A stretch of 64,000 nt of DNA from Candidatus Calescibacterium sp. (GCA_032249135.1 JAVVGL010000006.1:19792-83791), one strand, 5' to 3'. Positions 19,294-29,282 are shown, counted from the first letter of the stretch. Translations and numbers: made by a program. Notes: generated from the sequence alone by a model not told the origin.

Positions 19294-19759
19294 GCTTTTC
19301 CTCATTTATTTGTCTTTTCAGTTTCGCCATATATATAGCGTTTACACCCCATTCGTATCCTTTATTACCATATTTCCCGCCGGCTCTATCAATAGCCTGA
19401 TTTATATTTTCTACTGTTAAAACCCCAAAAATTATAGGGATTTCTGTTTCTAACATAACTTTCAAGATACCTTCTTGGACACCTTTTGCTACGAAATCAA
19501 AGTGGTATGTCTCCCCTTTTATGATGCATCCCAAAACCAATATTGAATCATATTTTTGGGTTTTCGCTATAAATTTTGCTGCTATTGGTATCTCAAAAGA
19601 TCCAGGAACATATATGACATCATAGCTTATTCCATTTTCTTCTAATGCTCTTTTTGCCCCATCAAGAAGTCTTGATGTTATGAATTCGTTGAACCTTGAA
19701 ACTACAATTCCTATCTTTATTGTTGTTTTATTTTTTTGTTTTTTTTTCTCTTCGTTCAT
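19277..19759 (-). CDS. ribH: 6,7-dimethyl-8-ribityllumazine synthase
   Basis: IGIVVSRFNEFITSRLLDGA..., VPGSFEIPIAAK and GCIIKGETYHFDFV are canonical RibH blocks. Confidence 0.93.
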   Translation of the reverse strand: MNEEKKKQKNKTTIKIGIVVSRFNEFITSRLLDGAKRALEENGISYDVIYVPGSFEIPIAAKFIAKTQKYDSILVLGCIIKGETYHFDFVAKGVQEGILKVMLETEIPIIFGVLTVENINQAIDRAGGKYGNKGYEWGVNAIYMAKLKRQINEEKHANED

Positions 19760-19922
19760 ATATTTTTAGTAAAAATCGGAATAGCAACTTTTTTTGTTTT
19801 TTGTCTTTAATTCTTTTTAACTCTCTGAATTCTGCTTTTTTCTTATGTGATGGAAATAACAGGGAACTAAAAAAACAGAAAAATCTATAAAGTATGAATT
19901 ACTACATTACAAATTTTCTGAT

Positions 19923-21284
19923 ATGGAGATAAAGAAAATTCTTGTTGCAAATAGGGGAGAAATAGCAAGGCGTGTAATATACACTTGTAAAAAACTTGGA
20001 AAAAAAACTGTTGCTGTATATTCTGACGCAGATAAAGATTTACCTTTTGTTGAGGAAGCAGATGAAGCTATAAGGATTGGAGAGCCACATCCTCTAAAAA
20101 GTTATCTCAATATTCCGGCAATAATAGAGGCAGCAAAGAAAACGGGTGCTGACGCAATTCATCCAGGATATGGTTTCCTTTCAGAAAGAGAAGATTTTGT
20201 TAAAGCTTGTGAAGATGCAGGGATAATTTTTATAGGTCCGACAGCAAAAAGCATGGAGATAATGGGAGATAAAGCTACTGCGCGAGCTTTCGTAAAAAAT
20301 CTTGGAATCCCTATTCCACCTGGAACTGATATTTTGAGCTCTCCCGAGGAAGCCGAGGAATTTGCAGAAAAAATCGGATACCCTGTTCTTATAAAAGCTG
20401 CTGCTGGTGGCGGGGGAATAGGTATGATGAGAGTAGATAGAAAGGAGGATTTGAAAAAAGCTTACGAGACCGCAAAATCTCGGGCGCTTTCAGCATTCGG
20501 AGACGATAGAGTTTATATGGAAAAATACCTTGAATCTCCACACCACATAGAAATTCAGGTTCTCGGAGATGGGAAAGGAGGTGCGGTGACTTTTCCAGAA
20601 AGAGAATGTTCAGTTCAAAGAAGACATCAGAAAGTAATAGAAGAGTCTCCATCTACTTTTGCAGATGAAGATTTGAGAAGAAAGCTCAGGGATGCTGCGA
20701 GAAAAATAATGTCTGAGCTAAAATATAAATGTGCAGGAACGGTTGAGTTTGTTGTAGATAAATACAAGAATTTTTATTTTCTTGAAGTTAATACGAGATT
20801 GCAGGTTGAGCATCCAGCAACGGAAGCCATAACAGGATTTGACCTTGTTGAGTGGCAAATAAGGATAGCAGAGGGTGAAGCACTCCCGAAGGAGGAGGAT
20901 ATAAAGTTTCAAGGATGGGCAATAGAGGCAAGGATATACGCGGAGGACCCAATAAAATTTTTACCATCTCCGGGAGAAATAAAAAGGTTGGTTGAACCTA
21001 AATCTTCAAAGTTCAGCTGGAATTCAGAAAATGTAAGACTTGATTGTGGTTATAAAGAGGGGAACAAAATTACTCCTTTTTATGATCCGCTTATTGCAAA
21101 GTTAATAGCTCGTGGTAAAACCCGTGAAGAAGCAATTGAGAATATTTTGAGAGCTCTTGATGAGTTCATAATTGAGGGTCCAAAAACTAATATACCATTT
21201 TTGAAAGAGGCTATCAATTCACCGCTTTTCAGAAATGGCGGATATGATACACATTTTATTCCACGCCTCCGGGGACTTGAATAA
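19923..21284 (+). CDS. accC: Biotin carboxylase (acetyl-CoA carboxylase subunit)
   Basis: KILVANRGEIARRVI, HPGYGFLSE, the ATP-grasp glycine loop KAAAGGGGIGM, EMNTR-type EVNTRLQVEHP and a biotin carboxylase C-domain are present. There is no adjacent accB. Confidence 0.92.
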   Translation: MEIKKILVANRGEIARRVIYTCKKLGKKTVAVYSDADKDLPFVEEADEAIRIGEPHPLKSYLNIPAIIEAAKKTGADAIHPGYGFLSEREDFVKACEDAGIIFIGPTAKSMEIMGDKATARAFVKNLGIPIPPGTDILSSPEEAEEFAEKIGYPVLIKAAAGGGGIGMMRVDRKEDLKKAYETAKSRALSAFGDDRVYMEKYLESPHHIEIQVLGDGKGGAVTFPERECSVQRRHQKVIEESPSTFADEDLRRKLRDAARKIMSELKYKCAGTVEFVVDKYKNFYFLEVNTRLQVEHPATEAITGFDLVEWQIRIAEGEALPKEEDIKFQGWAIEARIYAEDPIKFLPSPGEIKRLVEPKSSKFSWNSENVRLDCGYKEGNKITPFYDPLIAKLIARGKTREEAIENILRALDEFIIEGPKTNIPFLKEAINSPLFRNGGYDTHFIPRLRGLE

Positions 21285-21289
21285 GGACT

Positions 21290-22174
21290 GTGAATGGTAA
21301 AGTTATAGATACATCTGAGATTTTCTTTTTTGAATCATTACCAGATGATCCTCTACTTTTAACAATTACATTCTCAAAAAAATTTTCTTTGTTTGAAAAA
21401 GGAGATAAAGTTCTTGTGGGACTATCAGGCGGAAGAGATTCGGTTTTTCTTACATACATACTTTCTACCTATAAATCAAAATTTGGCATATCAGAAGTAG
21501 TTGCTGCACACTTTAATCATGGAACACGGGGAAAAGAATCAGAAAGAGATGAAAAATTTTCTGTGTCATTTTGCGAAAGGCTTGGAATAAAAATAATTGT
21601 TGGCAGAGCTACTTTACCTTTAAAATCAGAGGATGAGATGCGCAAAGAAAGATATAAGTTTTTTGATGAATCAGCTAAAAAGTGTGAAGCTACAAAAATA
21701 GCAACAGCTCACACACTTGACGATAATTTTGAAACTTTTCTTATAAACCTTGTAAGGAGAAAAGGTTTTTTCTCTTTTGGAATATCTCCTAAAAATTACT
21801 CTCTGTGTTCTGTTCCAGTAGTTCGTCCTCTGCTTTCGGTGAAAAGAAGTTCAATAGAAAACTACCTCAAATCAAAAAATATAAGTTTTGTTTCAGACAC
21901 ATCAAATCTGAATCTCAGATATCTCAGAAACAGAATAAGAGCTTCTTTATATTTAATGCCGCAAGAAATTTACGATAGCATTCTTGAAGGATTTTTGAGG
22001 TTTTGGGCAAGTTGCTATGCTGTTCAGGTTTTCCTTTCAGAAACATTTCAAGAAAACAAAGAAAAAATCCCTCAATTTTTAAGATTTGAAATTGAAAATT
22101 TTGTGAAAGGTGAAATAAAAAGTTTTGAAGATATGAAAAAGTTTATTTCAGATATAAAAAGAAAAAGAAAATAA
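21290..22174 (+). CDS. tilS: tRNA(Ile)-lysidine synthetase
   Basis: It has the PP-loop SGGRDS (VLVGLSGGRDSVFL), AAHFNHGTRGKESERD and TAHTLDDNFETFL. The start codon is GTG. Confidence 0.85.
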   Translation: MNGKVIDTSEIFFFESLPDDPLLLTITFSKKFSLFEKGDKVLVGLSGGRDSVFLTYILSTYKSKFGISEVVAAHFNHGTRGKESERDEKFSVSFCERLGIKIIVGRATLPLKSEDEMRKERYKFFDESAKKCEATKIATAHTLDDNFETFLINLVRRKGFFSFGISPKNYSLCSVPVVRPLLSVKRSSIENYLKSKNISFVSDTSNLNLRYLRNRIRASLYLMPQEIYDSILEGFLRFWASCYAVQVFLSETFQENKEKIPQFLRFEIENFVKGEIKSFEDMKKFISDIKRKRK

Positions 22175-22178
22175 ACTT

Positions 22179-23342
22179 ATGCTTTACATTCTATGTGCTT
22201 TTTTGGCAACTTTACCTTGGTTCATAGTAAAATTCACGATAGGGCATCCAAATCCAATTTTGCAAACATTACTTACTGGTTTATCAATAATAGGAGCTGG
22301 ATTTATTCTGACATGGGCTTCTGATGGTTCAAGAAAATTTATATCCGGAGCTCTTGCAATAGCTATTGTAGCTTTACTTGCAGTTCTGCCGGAATATTCA
22401 GTAGATATATATCTTTCGTGGAAGGCAGGAATAAATGAAGAGTATACGCATTATGCAGTCGCAAATATGACAGGAGCAAACAGATTACTTATAGGCATAG
22501 GGTGGACTGTGATATTATTTGTTCATTTTTTCAAAACAAAAAGAAGTGAAATAGCGTTTGACAGATCTTTGATGGAAGAACTTATTATACTTTTTGCAGC
22601 GACGGTTTGGTCAATAAATATTTTCTTCAAAAAAAATATATCATTAGTTGATTCTTTAATTTTGGGTGGGCTATTTATTTTTTACATTTTAAGGGTTTCA
22701 AAAAAAGAGATAGAAGAACTTGAAGAAGATTTTGAACCAGTAAAGACAATCCAATCTCTACCTCCAAAAAAATCTATTCTTCTTATAATCTTTATGTTCG
22801 TGTGGGCTGGTTTTTCTATATTTATCTCAGCAGAAGCGTTCGCAGAAGGATTAATAAATATAGGTAAAAAATTAGGGGTGAGCGAGTTTTTACTTATACA
22901 GTGGCTCGCACCAATAGCTTCCGAAGCGCCAGAATTTGTAGTCACACTTATATGGGCAACAAAAGGAAGAGGTCAAGACGCTATGAGAGCTCTCGTTTCT
23001 TCAAAAGTAAATCAGTGGACTTTACTTATAGCTTGCATTCCGATCGCTTTCATAATCTCAAAAATATATCACGCAACAGGAGATTATCTTTCTCCTATGC
23101 CGATGGATTCAAGACAGCAGTGGGAAATTCTTCTGACAGCAGCACAATCTTTACTTGCATTTTTTATTTTGCTTGACCTAAATTTTTCTGTTATTGAAGC
23201 TTCTATCTTACTTATTCTATTTTTATCTCAATTCATTTTTGAACACATAAGAGAAGAGGTAACCTTTGTGTATTTTGTTCTCTGCATACCTATGATTCTC
23301 TACAAATTCGGGAAAATAAAAATACCTTTTGGTAAAAAGTAA
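22179..23342 (+). CDS. Cation/Ca2+ exchanger (CaCA, Na_Ca_ex family) membrane protein
   Basis: This is a polytopic membrane protein with two alpha-repeat-like segments (LLAVLPEYSVDI...ANMTGANRLLIGIGW and PIASEAPEFVVTLIWA...SSKVNQWTLLI). Confidence 0.6.
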   Translation: MLYILCAFLATLPWFIVKFTIGHPNPILQTLLTGLSIIGAGFILTWASDGSRKFISGALAIAIVALLAVLPEYSVDIYLSWKAGINEEYTHYAVANMTGANRLLIGIGWTVILFVHFFKTKRSEIAFDRSLMEELIILFAATVWSINIFFKKNISLVDSLILGGLFIFYILRVSKKEIEELEEDFEPVKTIQSLPPKKSILLIIFMFVWAGFSIFISAEAFAEGLINIGKKLGVSEFLLIQWLAPIASEAPEFVVTLIWATKGRGQDAMRALVSSKVNQWTLLIACIPIAFIISKIYHATGDYLSPMPMDSRQQWEILLTAAQSLLAFFILLDLNFSVIEASILLILFLSQFIFEHIREEVTFVYFVLCIPMILYKFGKIKIPFGKK

Positions 23343-23803
23343 TGAAAGAGAAAATTTATTTTATTACACTCACATTTTTTGGTGTAGGGAAAATACCAAT
23401 TGGGCAGGGTACAGTAGCATCACTTATTTCAGGAATTTTATATTTTTCTTTTATCTCTGGAAACAAATTTTTAGAGATATCTATTAACATTTTCATTCTC
23501 GCTGTATCTTTTCTTTCCATAAAAAAAGTAAAAAATTTTTGGGAAGGTAATGACCCTCACGAGGTTGTAATAGATGAGGTAGCTGGAATGTTTTTGTCTC
23601 TTCTTTTGCTACCGAAGGGTTTTTTAGTTTTTGTAGCAGCGCTTTTGATATTCAGATTTTTAGACATAACGAAAATTCCTCCAATTATTTTTTTTGACAG
23701 AATGAAATCTCCGTACGGAATACTTCTTGATGATATAGTATCTGGGGTAATTGCGAACTTTATAGTAAGGCTACTGCTAAAATTCAATATATTGCCAATC
23801 TGA
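23342..23803 (+). CDS. pgpA: Phosphatidylglycerophosphatase A
   Basis: FFGVGKIPIGQGTVASL, the VIDEVAGM motif, ~150 aa size and membrane character all fit. The start overlaps the upstream stop (ATGA-type junction). Confidence 0.85.
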   Translation: MKEKIYFITLTFFGVGKIPIGQGTVASLISGILYFSFISGNKFLEISINIFILAVSFLSIKKVKNFWEGNDPHEVVIDEVAGMFLSLLLLPKGFLVFVAALLIFRFLDITKIPPIIFFDRMKSPYGILLDDIVSGVIANFIVRLLLKFNILPI

Positions 23804-23831
23804 AACCTGATTTGCAGAGAAAACTTGATTT

Positions 23832-23860
23832 TTGAGAATAAAGGCAATTTGTGATAAAAT
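23832..23860 (+). promoter_or_regulatory. Candidate sigma70-type promoter for tRNA-Arg
   Basis: The elements are TTGAGA (23832-23837), 17 nt of spacer, then TAAAAT (23855-23860) preceded by TGa (extended -10). The mature tRNA 5' end lies 27 nt downstream of the -10 element. Confidence 0.5.
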
Positions 23861-23886
23861 TTTAATTTTTAATATTTGATTTAGGT

Positions 23887-23962
23887 GTCCCTGTAGCTCA
23901 GAAGGAAGAGCACGGTCCTCCTAAGTCCGGGGTCGCGGGTTCGAATCCCGCCAGGGACACCA
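23887..23962 (+). tRNA. tRNA-Arg (anticodon CCU), CCA encoded
   Basis: I folded it by hand. The acceptor is GTCCCTG/CAGGGAC and the D arm is GCTC-AGAAGGAA-GAGC. The anticodon arm is CGGTC-CTCCTAA-GTCCG, with one U:U mismatch at 30:40. The T arm is GCGGG-TTCGAAT-CCCGC, followed by discriminator A and then CCA. Confidence 0.9.
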
Positions 23963-23971
23963 AATCAAATT

Positions 23972-24997
23972 TTGAAAATACTGGGTACTGTAAATGGAAT
24001 AACATTCATACACATAAAGGGGAGAAATTTTGGGTTTATAGATTGGCGCGACAAAACAATCTTTATAGCGGAGCTTACAAGAGAGCCAGAATATGATGGC
24101 AAAGAGCTACCTTCTTTCTCACTTGGATTTCTTGGTGAGGAAAAGAAGATTTATGTCAGGTGGGATATTATAATCAGACCTATTCACATTATACTTTTTG
24201 TTCTGACCGCAATAACTACAACAATAGCGGGAGCATTAATGCAGGGGATATCTCCTCTCTCGGTGGATATTTGGAAAGGAATATATTTTTCTGGTCCTTT
24301 ACTTTTTATTCTTTTGTGTCATGAATTTGGACATATATACTCTATGTGGAAGCACAAAATCAGGAGCACATTTCCTTATTTTATTCCAGCTCCGAACATA
24401 GTTGGAACATTTGGGGCGATAATGGTGTTGAGAGAGAAAATTCAAAAGAGTTCTCAAATAATAAAGACGGGGGCAGCAGGACCTATTGCAGGATTTGTAG
24501 CTGCTATACCAATAGCTTTGATTGGTTTGCTACTTTCCGAAGTCGTAAACGAAACCGAGATGTCAGGAGTACATACTATAAAGCTCGGAACTCCTCTTAT
24601 TTTATCTTTGATGCAAAATATGATTTTCGGTTCTTTGGAACTCTCAAAAGATATTATGCTTCACCCTGTGGCTTTTGCCGGATGGATAGGATTTTTTATA
24701 ACAGCTATGAACCTCATTCCAATAGGTCAGACCGACGGAGGACATATAGTTTTTGCTCTTTTCCCATCCTGGCACAGAAAAATTTCTTTTTTCTTTATAG
24801 CTGTTCTTTTTGTTCTCGGTATCTTTTTCTGGTATGGATGGCTATTTTGGGCATTTCTTACCGCAGTTTTGAGTATAAAAAGGATTCCATATTCCCCGGT
24901 AAAAGATGTGAAATTTTCGGATAAAGTCTTGGCAATAGTGGCAGGGGTTATATTTGTTTTAACTTTCATTATTTCTCCATTTCAGATTGAATTTTGA
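23972..24997 (+). CDS. Site-2 protease family (peptidase M50) intramembrane metalloprotease
   Basis: HEFGH lies in a TM segment (LLCHEFGHIYSMWKH), the second motif is NLIPIGQTDGGHI, and there are multiple TM helices. The start is uncertain (TTG 23972, only 10 nt after the tRNA). Confidence 0.8.
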   Translation: MKILGTVNGITFIHIKGRNFGFIDWRDKTIFIAELTREPEYDGKELPSFSLGFLGEEKKIYVRWDIIIRPIHIILFVLTAITTTIAGALMQGISPLSVDIWKGIYFSGPLLFILLCHEFGHIYSMWKHKIRSTFPYFIPAPNIVGTFGAIMVLREKIQKSSQIIKTGAAGPIAGFVAAIPIALIGLLLSEVVNETEMSGVHTIKLGTPLILSLMQNMIFGSLELSKDIMLHPVAFAGWIGFFITAMNLIPIGQTDGGHIVFALFPSWHRKISFFFIAVLFVLGIFFWYGWLFWAFLTAVLSIKRIPYSPVKDVKFSDKVLAIVAGVIFVLTFIISPFQIEF

Positions 24998-25038
24998 AAA
25001 ATTCGGAGATATAAATTATCTGATTAAAATAAGAGATT

Positions 25039-25111
25039 GGGTCAGTAGCTCAGTAGGTAGAGCGGTGGACTCTTAATCCACAGGTCGCGGGTTCGAATCC
25101 CGCCTGACCCA
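25039..25111 (+). tRNA. tRNA-Lys (anticodon CUU), no encoded CCA
   Basis: I folded it by hand. The acceptor is GGGTCAG/CTGACCC and the D arm is GCTC-AGTAGGTA-GAGC. The anticodon arm is GTGGA-CTCTTAA-TCCAC and the T arm is GCGGG-TTCGAAT-CCCGC, with discriminator A. Confidence 0.92.
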
Positions 25112-25121
25112 CACATAAAAT

Positions 25122-25370
25122 ATGGAAGAAATAATAAGGTCTATGGCAAAATTTATAATTCTGACCGGAATAATACTCATATTAGTTGGAGCGCTGTTTT
25201 TTTTAGCTTCTTCATCTCAAGTTTTTGATTTCAAACTAAAAAAGCTCCCGGGCGACATACTAATAAAGAAAGATAATTTCACTTTCTTTTTCCCTATAAC
25301 AACATCTATAATTTTGTCAGCCATCTTAACTTTGATCTTAAACATAATAGGGAAAATAATAAGGCATTAG
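25122..25370 (+). CDS. Small membrane protein, DUF2905 family
   Basis: It is 82 aa with two TM segments and the characteristic KLPGDILIKKDNFTFFFPITTSIILS block. Confidence 0.7.
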   Translation: MEEIIRSMAKFIILTGIILILVGALFFLASSSQVFDFKLKKLPGDILIKKDNFTFFFPITTSIILSAILTLILNIIGKIIRH

Positions 25371-25412
25371 TTTAGTAAAACAAAAACTCATTTTAGGACG
25401 AAATAATTTATA

Positions 25413-27347
25413 GTGATGAAATTCTCCGGAAATACATCAAAAAGAAAGAGAGTTAATCTTATAATTTCCATATTTTTTTTACTTTTTTCGTTTTTTTCTT
25501 CTCATATTGCTCTTGCAGAGGAAAGAGTTTCTATGAACTTCAAAGATATTGACATATTAGACCTTGTTAGGCTTATTTCAGAATGGTCTGGAAAAAACTA
25601 TCTTCTTGACCAGAGAATAAGGGGAAAAGTTACGATAATTTCTCCGAGACCTGTTACAAAAAGGGAAGCGCTTGAGATATTCAATTCTATCCTTTATGCT
25701 AATGACCTTGCGCAGGTTGAAGTTGGAAATATCGTAAAAATAGTTCCTGCCGCTGAGGCTCGTCAAAGTCCAATAAAAACCGTAATAAAAGAGAAAAAAC
25801 TTCTACCATCAGAAGAGTATGTGACTTTGGTCTTAACTCCTCGTTTTGCAAATGCTGACCAAGTTGCAGGTGTTCTCAGAAATCTGCTTTCCCGTAATGC
25901 GTTTTTACAAACTTACATGCCTACAAACACAATAATACTCATAGAAACAAAAGCAAATATAGAAAGATTAATGCAGATATTAGATGAAATAGATGTTCCT
26001 CCACCTCTTACCACTGAAATGATAAAGCTCAAATACTCTATTGCGCAAGATGTCGTAAATATTTTAACTCAAATAATACCATCTATCCCCCGTGTTGCAG
26101 TATCACCTCAGCAGCAACCCAAAGTTATAGCTGAACCGAGAACTAACTCTATAATAATCGTAGCTCAACCCGATGATATAGAGTATCTCAAAAAAGTTAT
26201 AGAGAAGGTAGATGTTCAAGAGGAGAGAGGGGAGGTTAATGTTGTTTATCTCAAATATGCAAAAGCAGAGGAAGTTTCATCTATTTTACAAAATATAGTA
26301 GGTGGTGGGCTGAGACAGCAACCGGGACCTCAGGTCGTTCAGGCACCGGTGAGAATAGCCGCAGATAAATCTACGAACTCACTCATAATCATAGCTTCTC
26401 CACCAGACTTTGAAAAAATAAAAGATATAATAAATAAGATAGATGTAGAAAGAAGGCAGGTTTTTGTTTCCGCTGTTATTATGGAAATTTCTTCTTCAAG
26501 ACTTGCTCAATACGGTCTATCTTTTCTTGGTGGAAAAGATATATCAGTTAGAATGGAGGGGACAACAAAGAAAGGTATAGCTGTTTTAGGAGAATCCGTT
26601 GGAGCTCCTTTGCCTTTTCAGATAATAGATCCTACTAAGATAGCTAATATATCTGGACTTCTTTTCGGGTTTTCTTTACCGCCCGCGAGTGTTGAAGTTG
26701 GTGGGCAAACTATATCTTTACCTCCTCTTGCCGCTATCTTGAACGCTCTCGCAACTGATACACAAGTTGATATTCTTTCAACCCCTCATATACTTACGCT
26801 TGATAATAAAGAAGCAGAAATAAGGGTTGCTACAAATGTCCCGTTCCCAACAGGTCAAATAATAACTGCTGCTGGTCCAGGAGGCGCTGCTGTGCCAACT
26901 ATAACTATACAAAGACAGGATATAGGAATAATACTTAAAATTACCCCTCATGTTATAAAAGAGGAGAAAAAGCTTTCTCTTGATATATCAGTTGAGATTT
27001 CAGATGTCGCAGAAGAACCACCGCCGGGACTTGCAGTTCAGCAACTCGGTATAGCTACAATAAGGAGAACCTCAACAACTTCTATTTTAGTAGAAGATGG
27101 TCAGACAGCAGTTATTGGAGGTCTTATGAGAACAAGAACTTCTCTTTCAAGGGCAAAAGTTCCAATCTTAGGAGATATACCTGTCGTGGGTTTCCTTTTC
27201 AGATCATCTCAAAAAAGAGTTCAGAAATCTAATCTACTCATATTTATAACACCAAAAATAATATGGTCATCCAGTGAAATGGAGGATATAAAGTCAAGAA
27301 AAATTCAGGAAAATATCAAGATGAGAAAAGATGAAGGCATGTATTAA
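25413..27347 (+). CDS. gspD: Type II secretion system secretin (GspD family)
   Basis: It has a signal peptide and an N0 domain (VSMNFKDIDILDLVRLISEWSGKNYLLDQRIRGKVTI). Repeated secretin_N domains follow. The C-terminal secretin core contains VPILGDIPVVGFLFRS...NLLIFITPKII. Confidence 0.9.
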   Translation: MMKFSGNTSKRKRVNLIISIFFLLFSFFSSHIALAEERVSMNFKDIDILDLVRLISEWSGKNYLLDQRIRGKVTIISPRPVTKREALEIFNSILYANDLAQVEVGNIVKIVPAAEARQSPIKTVIKEKKLLPSEEYVTLVLTPRFANADQVAGVLRNLLSRNAFLQTYMPTNTIILIETKANIERLMQILDEIDVPPPLTTEMIKLKYSIAQDVVNILTQIIPSIPRVAVSPQQQPKVIAEPRTNSIIIVAQPDDIEYLKKVIEKVDVQEERGEVNVVYLKYAKAEEVSSILQNIVGGGLRQQPGPQVVQAPVRIAADKSTNSLIIIASPPDFEKIKDIINKIDVERRQVFVSAVIMEISSSRLAQYGLSFLGGKDISVRMEGTTKKGIAVLGESVGAPLPFQIIDPTKIANISGLLFGFSLPPASVEVGGQTISLPPLAAILNALATDTQVDILSTPHILTLDNKEAEIRVATNVPFPTGQIITAAGPGGAAVPTITIQRQDIGIILKITPHVIKEEKKLSLDISVEISDVAEEPPPGLAVQQLGIATIRRTSTTSILVEDGQTAVIGGLMRTRTSLSRAKVPILGDIPVVGFLFRSSQKRVQKSNLLIFITPKIIWSSSEMEDIKSRKIQENIKMRKDEGMY

Positions 27348-27353
27348 AAAAAG

Positions 27354-28079
27354 ATGGAAGAGCGGAGTAAACCCGGTACTTTTTTTCGGTTTTTGTTTTT
27401 GTCTTTGATTTTTTGGCTTCTTTCTTATTCTTTCTCTCTTTCATTTGCTGACGAAAAAAAATCTGTACTGCAAATTCTGGCTTCTGACATATCCTTTGAA
27501 TTCCAAAGAAAAAAGGAGGAGTTTCCAAAAATAATTGTTGGAACTACGGTAGCCTTAACCGCTGCCATACCATTATCTCTGGCTGATCAGTATGTAAGAA
27601 ACCTTGTTTTATCTTCTTATAATAAAACAAAATATGCAGGAGAAGTTATGAGTTTTTTAGGTGAAGGAATTTTTCTTGTTCCTTTCTCTTTTGCAGGTTA
27701 TATTTTTGGTTTGGTTTCAGATAACGAAAAAGTGAGGTTGGGGTTTATGAGAGCTATTTACAATTTGGCTTTTACTACCTTCATAGTTCAATCTCTGAAA
27801 TTTTCTGGAAGAGAGAGACCAGCTTGGGCAGAATACCAATATTCTTTTTCTCCTTTGAGATTTGAAGATAGATGGAGGTCATTTCCGTCAGGACACTCCC
27901 AAGCGAGCTCATCAGTCTATTTCACCGTAGCAAAAGATGTCTGTGAAAGCAAATTATGTTCTGCGGTGTTTTATTCTTTACCTTTTATTGTAGGTGCGGG
28001 AAGAATTCTTGTGAATGATCACTGGCTTTCTGATGTTGCTGGTGGTATAATAATAGGATTTTCATTTGAGGTTTTTTGA
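27354..28079 (+). CDS. PAP2-family (type 2) lipid phosphatase
   Basis: The three PAP2 motifs are present: KFSGRERP (KxxxxxxRP), PSGH and GRILVNDHWLSDV (SRxxxxxHxxxD-like). The protein is membrane-embedded. Confidence 0.8.
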   Translation: MEERSKPGTFFRFLFLSLIFWLLSYSFSLSFADEKKSVLQILASDISFEFQRKKEEFPKIIVGTTVALTAAIPLSLADQYVRNLVLSSYNKTKYAGEVMSFLGEGIFLVPFSFAGYIFGLVSDNEKVRLGFMRAIYNLAFTTFIVQSLKFSGRERPAWAEYQYSFSPLRFEDRWRSFPSGHSQASSSVYFTVAKDVCESKLCSAVFYSLPFIVGAGRILVNDHWLSDVAGGIIIGFSFEVF

Positions 28080-28142
28080 AGATACCCAGAGTTAATTTTT
28101 TTGAATTCTGGGGTTAGAATTACTGAATTGGTTTGAAAGACC

Positions 28143-29279
28143 ATGGGCGAGTTAGTAGATATATGTGTTGTTGGTGCCGGACCTGCTGGTCTTTCGTTTG
28201 CTTTGAGTTTTCCTGAAAAAAATAAAATTTTGGTTTTAGAAAAAGAATATTTCCCTCGTGATAAAGTTTGCGGTGGAGGACTTATACCAAAAGCAGTAAA
28301 ATTACTTTCTGAGCTCGGACTTGTCCCCGGCAAAGATTTTCCTGCAAAGAAAATAAAAAAGATTGTCTTCTCCTCTGATTTGGGTGAGAAAATTTTTGAT
28401 GTATCTGATAAGAATTTTATGGTAACAAAAAGATTAGATATGGATTTTGCACTTTTCAAAAAAGCAAAGCAATGCGGCGTCAAAATTGAAGAAGGAGTGA
28501 AATTTTTGGGATACTCAGAAAAAAACGGAAAAATTTTGGTTTCAACAACAAAAGGTTATGTTGAGTGCAAAAAACTTGTGATAGCTATGGGTTCTTACCT
28601 TAAAAGAGACTCCTACAAGGCTGTAAGGTGGTTTGAAAATCAGAATGTAGAAGATAAGATGTTGTTCTCTATTGAAAGTTTTGGAGATGAGTTTGTGTGG
28701 TTTTGGAAATTTGATGGCTACGGTTTTTCTGATATAGGCTTTATGTCCCTCAACAAAGACCTCCAAAAAATAAAAGAAAAGATGAAAAAAAAGGAAGAAA
28801 ATGAAAATAATAATAACAATAATAAAAGCCAAGTTGAGAACAAAAAAGAATTTTTTGTCATAAATAAGTTCAATCCAAAGACAAAATTCAAAAAAGGAAA
28901 TGTTTTTTTTATTGGAGATTCATACGGAGTAGATACTTTGACAGGGGAGGGAATTTCATCTGCCCTTCACCATGGAATAATGCTTTCTCGTGTTTTGCAA
29001 GGTGGTTCGGATTTGAATCCTTTTCTCTTTTTATCTTTTCGGTCTCTTTTTTATTTTTATAGCTCTTCTCTTTTCAGAAGGCTTTTGATCTTCTATTTTT
29101 TTTCAAACTTTTTTTATAGAAACGAGAAAACTTTGGATTTAGCGAAAAAAGTTTTGCTTTCTGATGAGTTTTCAAAATTTGTCAGTGGTTTGAAATTTGA
29201 AAGTGATGGAAAAATATCACAGGTACTGGACTTTTTGAAGATTGTAGCCAAAGTTTATTTCAAAAACTTATTGGTTTGA
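28143..29279 (+). CDS. FAD-dependent oxidoreductase, geranylgeranyl reductase-like
   Basis: It has an N-terminal dinucleotide fold (DICVVGAGPAGLSFAL), the KVCGGGL block and the GDSYGVDTLTGEGISSALHHG block typical of the GGR family. There is an N-rich insert (KKKEENENNNNNNKSQVENKKE) and an unusually hydrophobic F/S/L-rich C-terminal region. Confidence 0.65.
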   Translation: MGELVDICVVGAGPAGLSFALSFPEKNKILVLEKEYFPRDKVCGGGLIPKAVKLLSELGLVPGKDFPAKKIKKIVFSSDLGEKIFDVSDKNFMVTKRLDMDFALFKKAKQCGVKIEEGVKFLGYSEKNGKILVSTTKGYVECKKLVIAMGSYLKRDSYKAVRWFENQNVEDKMLFSIESFGDEFVWFWKFDGYGFSDIGFMSLNKDLQKIKEKMKKKEENENNNNNNKSQVENKKEFFVINKFNPKTKFKKGNVFFIGDSYGVDTLTGEGISSALHHGIMLSRVLQGGSDLNPFLFLSFRSLFYFYSSSLFRRLLIFYFFSNFFYRNEKTLDLAKKVLLSDEFSKFVSGLKFESDGKISQVLDFLKIVAKVYFKNLLV

Positions 29280-29282
29280 AAT

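Noticed and set aside
19760-19922. An FMN riboswitch upstream of ribH.
   Set aside because: The 163-nt divergent intergenic region is A/T-rich and lacks the conserved GC-rich FMN-element helices. I saw no AGGATAGTGAAAGC/GGGCGG-type blocks.
24346-24924. A 192-aa plus-strand ORF lies in an alternative frame inside the M50 protease gene.
   Set aside because: Its R/S/C-rich composition is atypical for this genome. The M50 frame carries HEFGH and NLIPIGQTDGGH motifs, and there is no independent start signal.
28019-28483. A 154-aa minus-strand ORF spans the PAP2 3' end and the GGR 5' end.
   Set aside because: It is antisense to two well-supported genes (PAP2 motifs and the GxGxxG fold) and has a low-complexity product.
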